From Candidatus Moraniibacteriota bacterium (GTDB lineage: Bacteria > Patescibacteriota > Minisyncoccia > Moranbacterales > UBA1568), in assembly GCA_018499985.2 (NCBI GenBank), contig JAHBAT020000015.1:17059-81058 (forward strand): 64,000 bases of DNA. The letters run 5' to 3'. Below the pieces are notes generated by a model, which saw only the letters and a program-made list of their open reading frames with translations, did not search any database and was not told where the DNA came from. This document shows positions 58,201 through 64,000 of this stretch, one piece after another (position 1 is the stretch's first letter; every line of letters starts with the position of its first letter). Made by a program: the position numbers and the translations under genes.

Positions 58201-58344
58201 TCTCATGCAGCTATTGTTTCGCGTGAGCTTGGTATCCCGTGTGTTATAGGCACAAAAGCAGATGTTCTTCTTAATATCAAAACAGGTGATAGAGTAGAAG
58301 TCGATGCTGATAATGGACTAGTGAGAATTCTTAATGAAGAATAA
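55237..58344 (+). CDS. PEP-synthase/rifampin-phosphotransferase-like protein: ATP-grasp plus two phospho-His swivel domains
   Basis: AGGKGASLGEM, AVRSSATAED, AGQLDSFLN, GLGEAIVSG, DIEWA, VQSRPIT; then GGMLSHASITSREL and GGMLSHAAIVSRELG; no PEP-binding TIM barrel. Confidence 0.88.
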   Translation: MQYTKNFTELGKNDAHLAGGKGASLGEMTQAGIPVPGGYVVLADTFDIFLKETDLVQEIDAILDGVNHEAIHTVEKASEDIQSLILSRPMPEAIQKEIQEKFQALGSQYVAVRSSATAEDGADHAWAGQLDSFLNTTEGDLIEKVRRCWASLFTPRAIFYRFEKGLHTTHISVAVVVQSMVNSEKSGIAFSVHPVTEDYNQLIIEAGFGLGEAIVSGSVTPDSYVVEKSPRNIIDINVSHQSRALYRIEGGGSEWRELSESVGNSQVLTEIDIQELSDIIVRIENHYGFPCDIEWAYENKTFYIVQSRPITTLTPKNEINKKEDLIPLTKENTVFTFESTGTTFLFEDIVSHHYIQWECIRVAKADNVRVFVKKEEVARMNEEGAKMTRAFLEEKVALMQEASDYMDKYTDELKGKETLTREELQDFFQPLEVICDNYSFFDIHYSDGMVRGGEFSEAGGYVQETKNFLRDVLGKPFFQKDGWMRLGLEVLAKQFSVPEEALEWYTKKDIENLFEDKRVSDEILVSRKLASVLYRDKEGTQQVTMTGEDALKIFESFEEKDIDKEKVQGVVAHKGMGTIRGKVRLVKKDFSDPSFLLRVAEEFEEGSVLVTDTTDPDFLPIMKKSGAIVTDIGGMLSHASITSRELNKLCVVGTVSATKVFKDGDLVEVDADNGVVRKIENNSFKPEDYSRMFAGPSFAMLFSDIFLRSTYGQMGVISVQNSEQWMSFIPKTTQSETEKIGKTLYEEENQYIDYRDSFELYMSQAEGYFRSVLEKEDSITKELAKEFLVKASEHFNYYQKTEFFYTDKIDTGKMIPSVKEFDELKLKGRSFLNKLLFEDEGYLKSFVKKVSLQANVDAANVYMYSVDEFCELLEGNVLDEKILEDRKKGFIISGREIFAGEGIAENIEILFASYKHVTKEIQGTIASPGRVTGNARVLVSDFNDFDKVALEVAKMEEGEILIAETTSPEIILACKKAAAIVTNQGGMLSHAAIVSRELGIPCVIGTKADVLLNIKTGDRVEVDADNGLVRILNEE

Positions 58345-59440
58345 TTTTATGAAACAACTACCGGAAGATTACAAAAAGTTTTTTACGGCAGAATGTGAGA
58401 TTACATGTCTTCATTGCGATTTTCTTATGAGGCGGAGTCCGCTCGCAGCTGCTGATTTACTTGCTTTCAATAAAGAACTTGAGTTTCATGTATTTCTTCG
58501 CAAAGATAAGGAATATCGCTGTGCTGAGGAGGGAATAAATCTCTTTTTTGATGATCAACGCTACGAGCAATTTCTCTCTGATTTCAAGGCATATGCAGAT
58601 GAGGCTTTGCATGATTTTGTCCCAAAGTGGAGTCAGATTCCAGAAACCCTGACGAAAGAAGAGTTTATAGAGGCAACTGATTTCCTTGGAAAGCTCTGGT
58701 ATTTTTATGGGTTCACAGAATTCCCTTTTATTGATAAGGCTTACGAAAAGGCCAAGGCAGAAGGAAATGAAGATGTGCAGAAAAGACTGGAAGATTTTGG
58801 GCAATTTAAATTTACTGGACGTGAGGTGCTCAATGCTTTTTGGTTTGCTGGTGGGCCTATTCCAAATATCCTTCTTGGGGTATCAAGTATGTTTCTCTCG
58901 GGAGATGATGCAAAGTTTCTCTTCTTAGATGAACTCCTTGCTTTGTTTGATGGCTGGCGTCCAGATCCAGAGTTAGTTTTGAAACGAAGAGAGTACTACG
59001 GTATGAATGTAACTGCTAGTGTGCCCGAGATTCTAAGCTTTGAGCAAGCAAAAGAACTCTATACGTCATTTACACAATTATCTGACGATTTGATTATAAA
59101 AGGCGTGACCGCCAATAAGGGTAAAGCCACTGGGAGAGTAATTATTGCACCGATGCTTAATGATCATGGAGCGATTGCCATACTTGATTCCCGGATGGAA
59201 AAAGGAGATATTCTTGTTGCAGAAAGTACGAGTCCTGATCTTATGTCACTTTGTCGTAAGGCGAGTGCTATCGTGGCTGATCAAGGAGGGCTGCTTTCGC
59301 ATGCGGCCATAGTCTCTCGAGAGCTCGGGGTGCCCTGTGTTATTCAGGCTGGAGCAGCTACTCGAAGACTCAAAGACGGTGACTTAGTGGAAGTGGATGC
59401 GGATAAGGGGATAGTAACTATTTTAGAAAGAGTAGTATAA
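58334..59440 (+). CDS. Helical domain plus phospho-His swivel (PEP-utiliser mobile domain) protein
   Basis: GDILVAESTSP, GGLLSHAAIVSRELGVPC, LKDGDLVEVDADKG; no ATP-grasp; overlaps upstream stop. Confidence 0.85.
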   Translation: MKNNFMKQLPEDYKKFFTAECEITCLHCDFLMRRSPLAAADLLAFNKELEFHVFLRKDKEYRCAEEGINLFFDDQRYEQFLSDFKAYADEALHDFVPKWSQIPETLTKEEFIEATDFLGKLWYFYGFTEFPFIDKAYEKAKAEGNEDVQKRLEDFGQFKFTGREVLNAFWFAGGPIPNILLGVSSMFLSGDDAKFLFLDELLALFDGWRPDPELVLKRREYYGMNVTASVPEILSFEQAKELYTSFTQLSDDLIIKGVTANKGKATGRVIIAPMLNDHGAIAILDSRMEKGDILVAESTSPDLMSLCRKASAIVADQGGLLSHAAIVSRELGVPCVIQAGAATRRLKDGDLVEVDADKGIVTILERVV

Positions 59441-59443
59441 AAA

Positions 59444-59486
59444 AGTTTAGCCCGGGACCCATTGTTGTGGATCCCGGGCTTGAACT
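59444..59486. terminator. Hairpin terminator between convergent genes
   Basis: AGCCCGGGA-ccca...tgga-TCCCGGGCT; A tract on + side gives a U tail on the minus strand. Confidence 0.7.
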
Positions 59487-59518
59487 AGGTTGAGATGGAT
59501 AAGGAAGGAGGGATGATA

Positions 59519-59965
59519 TTATTTTCCCTTCCGCAGCTTATCCAGTAGATCGGTGATGCCTGATAGTGACTGCTCAATATGGTTGGCACAGTCGCGGTAG
59601 GCTTGTTCACCTTGCTGCCAGGGATTGGGCACGCCACCGCCGAGTACGATGATGGGTGCATGACCCTCGCGCATCGCGCAGATAGCATTAGCCTCTTCTT
59701 CGCCGACCGTCAGGATGAGCTGATAATCGCTCAGATCAAGTGCCCCGATGAAACGAGACATGTGACCATCGGCATCGATGCCGCGTTCCCGGAGCTCACT
59801 CTGGGAAAATTCGGCCATAGCTTGACCGGCGGCAGATTCCATGAGACCAGCGCTTTCGACTGAGACATCGGAATACCCGATGATGTCACTCAGTTGATGA
59901 CAGAGCATGCGCTCCATCATGGGGCTGCGGCAGGTGTTGCCAAGGCAAACGCAAAGAACTCTCAT
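59519..59965 (-). CDS. Low-molecular-weight protein tyrosine phosphatase/ArsC-fold protein
   Basis: VCLGNTCRSPM (CX5R), VESAG, H.SR, VPNPW in place of DP. Confidence 0.9.
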   Translation of the reverse strand: MRVLCVCLGNTCRSPMMERMLCHQLSDIIGYSDVSVESAGLMESAAGQAMAEFSQSELRERGIDADGHMSRFIGALDLSDYQLILTVGEEEANAICAMREGHAPIIVLGGGVPNPWQQGEQAYRDCANHIEQSLSGITDLLDKLRKGK

Positions 59966-60036
59966 TGGGACTCTCCTGTCCTATTGAACAAATGTCAGAG
60001 GTTTAGTCGCAAAAAGTGACATAATTCTAACTTAGA

Positions 60037-60067
60037 ATTATACACCTAAAATTACAAAAAGTCAATA
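60037..60067 (-). promoter_or_regulatory. Sigma70 promoter, near-duplicate of 60882-60912
   Basis: TTGACT-17-TATAAT. Confidence 0.8.
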
Positions 60068-60090
60068 GTATATTCATCAGTATAAAAATG

Positions 60091-60132
60091 AAAACGCGAG
60101 GCCTCGGATGATTCCGAAGTCTCGCGTTTTTT
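60091..60132 (-). terminator. Long hairpin terminator
   Basis: AAAACGCGAG-gcc-TCGGA-tgat-TCCGA-agt-CTCGCGTTTT. Confidence 0.8.
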
Positions 60133-60159
60133 GTTGGGACGTGGCCCAGGGTTATATGG

Positions 60160-60801
60160 TTAGCTTGCGCCAACCAATTCATTCCAGCCAACTTGCTCCA
60201 TCGAAGTCGGTAAGCCCCAGCGTTCATCGACGATGTCGAAGCGGTAGCCGGTCATGGGCTCCAGGGGAGCATCCGTGATGATCTGCTCGCGCATCTTGAT
60301 CGGCATGCCATCCCCGAAGAAGGAGAGAACAAGCTGATTGATGAAGATGGGGCGGCCGATGATCAGCATATGCTTCACGTAGTTACCGGCATTAGTGAAA
60401 CGACGAATGGATTTTGCACCCTCGCGCCCTTCGTAAAGGAGAGCTTGCGAGCAAAATTCACAGTACGCTTCAAGTGGAGCAAGGCCGAGACGCTCCGAGG
60501 CGCTCAGAAGGTCGGTCTTGAAGTTGATCGGAATATAGTCCGATCCATCGAGACCCTTGCTGTCTGCCGGCTGGACCTTTTGTCCAGGTGAGCTGCCGCC
60601 AATGGATTGGAGGCCGAGCGTCTGGATGATGATATCCCGCGCCCTGCGGGCATGTGCTTTCTCTCCGGTCATGATGACCGTGTAGAGATCTTCTCGCTTC
60701 TTGGCGAGCTTGGCGAACCCTTCTGCCTGCGTCTCGCCCAAGGGTGTCAGGTTGCCCTGGGAATCCTGGTCGGGACCGGCGATAAAGGTGATGGTCGGCA
60801 T
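60160..60801 (-). CDS. Degenerate histidine-phosphatase (PGM/SixA-fold) protein
   Basis: ITFIAGP (RHG absent)...LTPLGETQA, RARRA, LIIGR (second His absent); GAGGGGGT RBS. Confidence 0.65.
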   Translation of the reverse strand: MPTITFIAGPDQDSQGNLTPLGETQAEGFAKLAKKREDLYTVIMTGEKAHARRARDIIIQTLGLQSIGGSSPGQKVQPADSKGLDGSDYIPINFKTDLLSASERLGLAPLEAYCEFCSQALLYEGREGAKSIRRFTNAGNYVKHMLIIGRPIFINQLVLSFFGDGMPIKMREQIITDAPLEPMTGYRFDIVDERWGLPTSMEQVGWNELVGAS

Positions 60802-60881
60802 GTGGTAGTACCCCCTCTGGTTGTAAGTTGGTGTAGGAACTTGTGTCTATGGAGTGGCCAAATAGGCACCTCAGACTTTCT

Positions 60882-60961
60882 ATTATACACCTAAATTGGT
60901 AAAAAGTCAATAAAGAGGAAAAATACTACCTATTGACATTTTGGCCATAAAAGAGTATAGT
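60882..60961. promoter_or_regulatory. Back-to-back sigma70 promoters
   Basis: Minus: TTGACT (60910-60905)-17-TATAAT (60887-60882). Plus: TTGACA (60933)-17-TATAGT (60956). Confidence 0.8.
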
Positions 60962-61051
60962 AAGGAGTCTTAGAAAGCTCTCTCCAGAGGGTATATAAGG
61001 CCGCAATTCTCTGGCGTTATAGAGGTACTTTCACAACTGAGGGGTAATACC

Positions 61052-61897
61052 ATGAGTGACAACAACATCGTGCCGGTGCCGGCTGGCGGAGATCTCCAGC
61101 CGATCGGTGGTGGCAGTAATCGGCCGTCGCCCAATCAGGTCGAAGAAGACCACGGCAGCAGGAATCGGCTCATTACCTATGGGGTTTTCGGACTCCTTCT
61201 GCTCGTCGGCGCGCTCCTTTTCTGGCCGCAAGCCAAGGGTGCTGACCTGGTCCATGGCGTGGCGCCGGTTTCGACCAGGCTCCAGTCCATTGCGCCGACC
61301 ATCGAAGATATGGCGCGCATCCAGGACCCGGCTGAGCGCCAGGCGGTGCTCCAGCAGAACTGGCCGCACCTCCAGCGTGACATCATCTACTACCTGCGCG
61401 GTGACGGCAAGATCCGCCAGAACGAGCAGGTGGCCCGGGTGGAATTTCGCTTCGGATCGCTCGAGGGCATCCAGGGGGAATCCGCCAGTCGTGAATATCA
61501 GCGGGGCTACGTCAAGGACGAGCTCATCGCCACGATCTTCGTGACGGGCCGCGAGCCTTTCCACGTCCTGGTCCTCTGCACCAATGGCATGGTGGCGCCG
61601 CTGGATGATGTCCAGGGGCTTCAGCTGGTTGGCAGTCACAATGTGCCGATGGAGCGTTTCACGATCGGTCGTGGCAAGGGGCTGGTTCACTACGTGGACT
61701 ATCCGCTGGCTATCGACCTCGCCGAACGTTTCCGTCTCCCGCTGTATCGCGGGCGTGACCAGCGTGACGCCAATCGCATCACGCCGGCCGAGGCACGGGC
61801 GCTCGAAAACCGCACCGACTGGACGCAAGTCACGGTCGGGGTGAAGGAAGGCGATGTGATCGATCTCCGCACCGGCACCTATACGCCGGCGACCTGA
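61052..61897 (+). CDS. GC-rich orphan single-TM extracellular protein
   Basis: TM LITYGVFGLLLLVGALLFW; strongly GC-biased codons; GAGGGGT RBS; boxA-like GTACTTTCACAAC. Confidence 0.75.
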   Translation: MSDNNIVPVPAGGDLQPIGGGSNRPSPNQVEEDHGSRNRLITYGVFGLLLLVGALLFWPQAKGADLVHGVAPVSTRLQSIAPTIEDMARIQDPAERQAVLQQNWPHLQRDIIYYLRGDGKIRQNEQVARVEFRFGSLEGIQGESASREYQRGYVKDELIATIFVTGREPFHVLVLCTNGMVAPLDDVQGLQLVGSHNVPMERFTIGRGKGLVHYVDYPLAIDLAERFRLPLYRGRDQRDANRITPAEARALENRTDWTQVTVGVKEGDVIDLRTGTYTPAT

Positions 61898-61936
61898 CCC
61901 CTCTAGACGCTTCGGCGTTAAATCCTCTTTTGAGGT

Positions 61937-61977
61937 GACACTTTGTATGGCTACGGTCGTGCAGGGTGTCTTTTTTT
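61937..61977 (+). terminator. Intrinsic terminator with G-U-rich stem
   Basis: GACACTTTGTATGGC-TACG-GTCGTGCAGGGTGTC-T7: 15-bp stem with five G-U pairs and a cUACGg tetraloop. Confidence 0.85.
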
Positions 61978-62043
61978 ATCCCAAACTTCTTTTTTTGGCA
62001 GAAATTTGCCTCAGGTAAGGTTTTTGGCTATACTGTGCTCTAT

Positions 62044-63720
62044 ATGAAACGTGAACACAAAATCCGTTGGCAATTTGGGGCAGTGCTTTTGCTGGCACTT
62101 GTTTCTGGTTTGATCTCATATCCGCAGGCTCTTTCTTTTTGGCCGGGCGGATTTAATCTTCTTAATCAACTTCAAGTCAATCGTGGACTGGATCTTCAGG
62201 GAGGAATACATCTTGAGTATGCTGCTGACTTGAGTAATATTGAGCCTGCCAAACAGACTGAGGCCCTACAGGCAGCAGAGGCTGTGATTGAGCGTCGCGT
62301 GAATGCCTTTGGCGTAGGTGAGCCTTTGGTGCAGCTTGCTACTGCTGGTGATGAAAAGCGTATTATTGTAGAGCTTCCTGGTATCAAGAATATTGAAGAG
62401 GCTAAGAACTTGATCAAAGAAACACCATTTCTTGAATTTCGTGAACAAGCAGGTGATGAAGTAAAGAAGCAGGTAGAAGAATACAATGCCAACGCTAAGA
62501 AAGAGGCAGAAGATATTTTGGCTCGCGTAAAGGCCGGCGATGATTTTGCCACTCTTGCAAAAGCTATGAGTGAAGATCCGGGGTCAAAAGATCAGGGTGG
62601 AGAGCTTGATTTTGTAAAGAAGGGTACTTTTGTGCCAGAGTTTGATGAAGTGGTGTTTAGTGATGATCTAAAGCCAGGCCAGATCAAGGATTCTCTAATC
62701 GAAACGGATTATGGGTATCATGTTATCAAGAAGCTTGAGGTACGAGGTGAAGGTGATGACAAAGAAGTGAAGTCAGCTCATATTCTTCGTTTGAAGCAGT
62801 CACTTCAAAGCGACCCTCTTTTGGCATATCAGCCAACAGGTCTTTCTGGTAAAAACCTCAAGAGTGCTTCTGTTACCTATCAGCAGCAAGGTCTTGGTTC
62901 TCCTCAGATTCAGTTGCAGTTTGATGCTGAGGGGACAGCTTTGTTTGCTGAAATTACCAAGCGTAATATTGGTAAGCCAGTAGCTATTTTCTTGGACAAT
63001 GAGTTACTTCAGGCACCAACTATTCAGACGGAAATACCAAATGGTCAAGCGGTGATAACAGGTAACTACACCGTAGCTGAGGCAACTGCGCAGGTGAAGC
63101 GTCTCAATGAGGGAGCTTTGCCAGTACCTATCGAACTGGTAGGTCAGCAGAGTGTGGATGCTAGTCTTGGACAAGTGGCTCTAGATCAGAGTTTGAAAGC
63201 AGGTTTTGTGGGACTTCTCGCGGTGGCTGTGTTTATGGTTCTTTTCTACCGCTTCCTTGGAGTAATCGCAGTTTTTGCATTACTTCTCTACAGTGCAATG
63301 CTTTTAGCATTGTTTAAGCTTTCAGTTTTGACTCCATTTCCAATTACGGTGACGCTCTCGGGTATTGCTGGTTTTATTCTTTCGATTGGTATTGCCGTGG
63401 ATGCCAACGTGCTTATCTTCGAGCGTACCCGTGAAGAACTTTCTTTTGGTAAGGGAGCTATCAAGTCTATTAAGGAGGGCTTCCGTCGCGCCTGGCCAAG
63501 TATTCGTGATGGTCATGTCTCTACTTTGCTTACGACATTTATCTTGGTAGGCCTTGGTACTGGTTTTGTGAAGGGTTTTGCCATTATTCTTGCTCTCGGT
63601 GTCCTCCTCTCGCTTTTTACTGCTGTGGTATTGGTGCGTATTACGACTACTTTCTTTATCGGGGAGTGGATGGAGCGTCACCCATGGATTTTGGTTTCAC
63701 CTAAGAAAAGAATCGAATAA
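62044..63720 (+). CDS. secD: Protein translocase subunit SecD with inserted parvulin PPIase domain
   Basis: GLDLQGG, IERRVNAFGVGEP, GALP, GIAVDANVLIFER, VKGFA; insert FATLAKAMSEDPGSKDQGGELDF...YGYHVIK. Confidence 0.95.
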   Translation: MKREHKIRWQFGAVLLLALVSGLISYPQALSFWPGGFNLLNQLQVNRGLDLQGGIHLEYAADLSNIEPAKQTEALQAAEAVIERRVNAFGVGEPLVQLATAGDEKRIIVELPGIKNIEEAKNLIKETPFLEFREQAGDEVKKQVEEYNANAKKEAEDILARVKAGDDFATLAKAMSEDPGSKDQGGELDFVKKGTFVPEFDEVVFSDDLKPGQIKDSLIETDYGYHVIKKLEVRGEGDDKEVKSAHILRLKQSLQSDPLLAYQPTGLSGKNLKSASVTYQQQGLGSPQIQLQFDAEGTALFAEITKRNIGKPVAIFLDNELLQAPTIQTEIPNGQAVITGNYTVAEATAQVKRLNEGALPVPIELVGQQSVDASLGQVALDQSLKAGFVGLLAVAVFMVLFYRFLGVIAVFALLLYSAMLLALFKLSVLTPFPITVTLSGIAGFILSIGIAVDANVLIFERTREELSFGKGAIKSIKEGFRRAWPSIRDGHVSTLLTTFILVGLGTGFVKGFAIILALGVLLSLFTAVVLVRITTTFFIGEWMERHPWILVSPKKRIE

Positions 63721-63728
63721 GCTTTGCT

Positions 63729-64000
63729 ATGATTAATATCATCCAAAAACGAAAATACGCCTATATCTTTTCTATCGTCACTACTGTAGTGAGTATCGGA
63801 GCTCTTTTTGTTTGGGGGCTCAATACGGGAATTGATTTTAAGGGTGGAACTTTGATGGAAGTGCGTTTTGCTCTTGAAGAGACGCCGACCACAACACAAG
63901 TCCAGGAAACACTCAGGCCAATTGAACTCAAGAGTCTCACGGTACAGCCGACAGAAAACAAGGGTGTTATCCTTCGCTATCTTGCCTCCAACGAAGAAGC
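63729..64000 (+). CDS. secF: Protein translocase subunit SecF (3' truncated by window)
   Basis: MINIIQKRK...GLNTGIDFKGGTLMEVRF directly after secD. Confidence 0.93.
   Translation, partial: MINIIQKRKYAYIFSIVTTVVSIGALFVWGLNTGIDFKGGTLMEVRFALEETPTTTQVQETLRPIELKSLTVQPTENKGVILRYLASNEE

Noticed and set aside
55237..58344. Calling this gene ppsA or rph
   Set aside because: Lacks the PEP-binding barrel of PpsA; domain count differs from RPH and substrate cannot be read from sequence.
57215..59420. Diversity-generating retroelement TR/VR among swivel-domain repeats
   Set aside because: Differences are mostly synonymous and not adenine-specific; no reverse transcriptase in window.
61031..61828. Long antisense ORFs (also 316-936, 10034-10585, 40548-41144, 51920-52486)
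   Set aside because: Shadows of real genes caused by codon bias; the opposite strand has the motifs, RBS and terminators.
11900..61977. Integron attC sites at orphan-gene hairpins
   Set aside because: No RYYYAAC/GTTRRRY boxes, hairpins carry U tracts like terminators, genes have their own promoters, no intI in window.
1..64000. CRISPR array, rRNA, transposase, integrase or prophage
   Set aside because: No regularly spaced repeats, rRNA-like tracts or recognisable recombinase/phage motifs seen.

Overview
Chromosomal segment of a small-genome bacterium that looks like Patescibacteria/CPR (Parcubacteria-like; standard code 11, since TGA acts as stop; rplA is present). The lineage call is an inference from gene content. 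Core content: nusG-rplK-rplA (rplK frameshifted), a dTTP-synthesis cluster (dcd, thyA, folA, extra P-loop kinase, tmk, dut), gatB, miaA, dnaE, rnhB, rpmF-nusB-rnc-short smc-rpsP, rplJL with an L10 leader, tRNA-Gln, dnaX, a TraG/HerA-like ATPase pair, ftsB-PPIase-htrA-pseudo-htrA, proS, glycosyltransferases, a membrane-anchored Clp ATPase, a MacB-like ABC system, ABC-F, and secD (with PPIase insert)-secF. No CRISPR array, rRNA, integrase or transposase was seen. Most striking unexplained structure: (1) up to seven self-contained orphan-gene units, each typically with a near-consensus sigma70 promoter, a strong Shine-Dalgarno (rare in the core genes here) and a long terminator hairpin, several also with a boxA-like leader motif; (2) an ATP-grasp protein plus partner carrying three phospho-His swivel modules but no PEP-binding barrel, next to two degenerate phosphatases; (3) a folded element built from tRNA-Gln 3'-end copies; (4) a covarying TCGAnAAGCTC hairpin family, one copy of which sits in frame inside thyA; (5) an SMC without a recognisable hinge.
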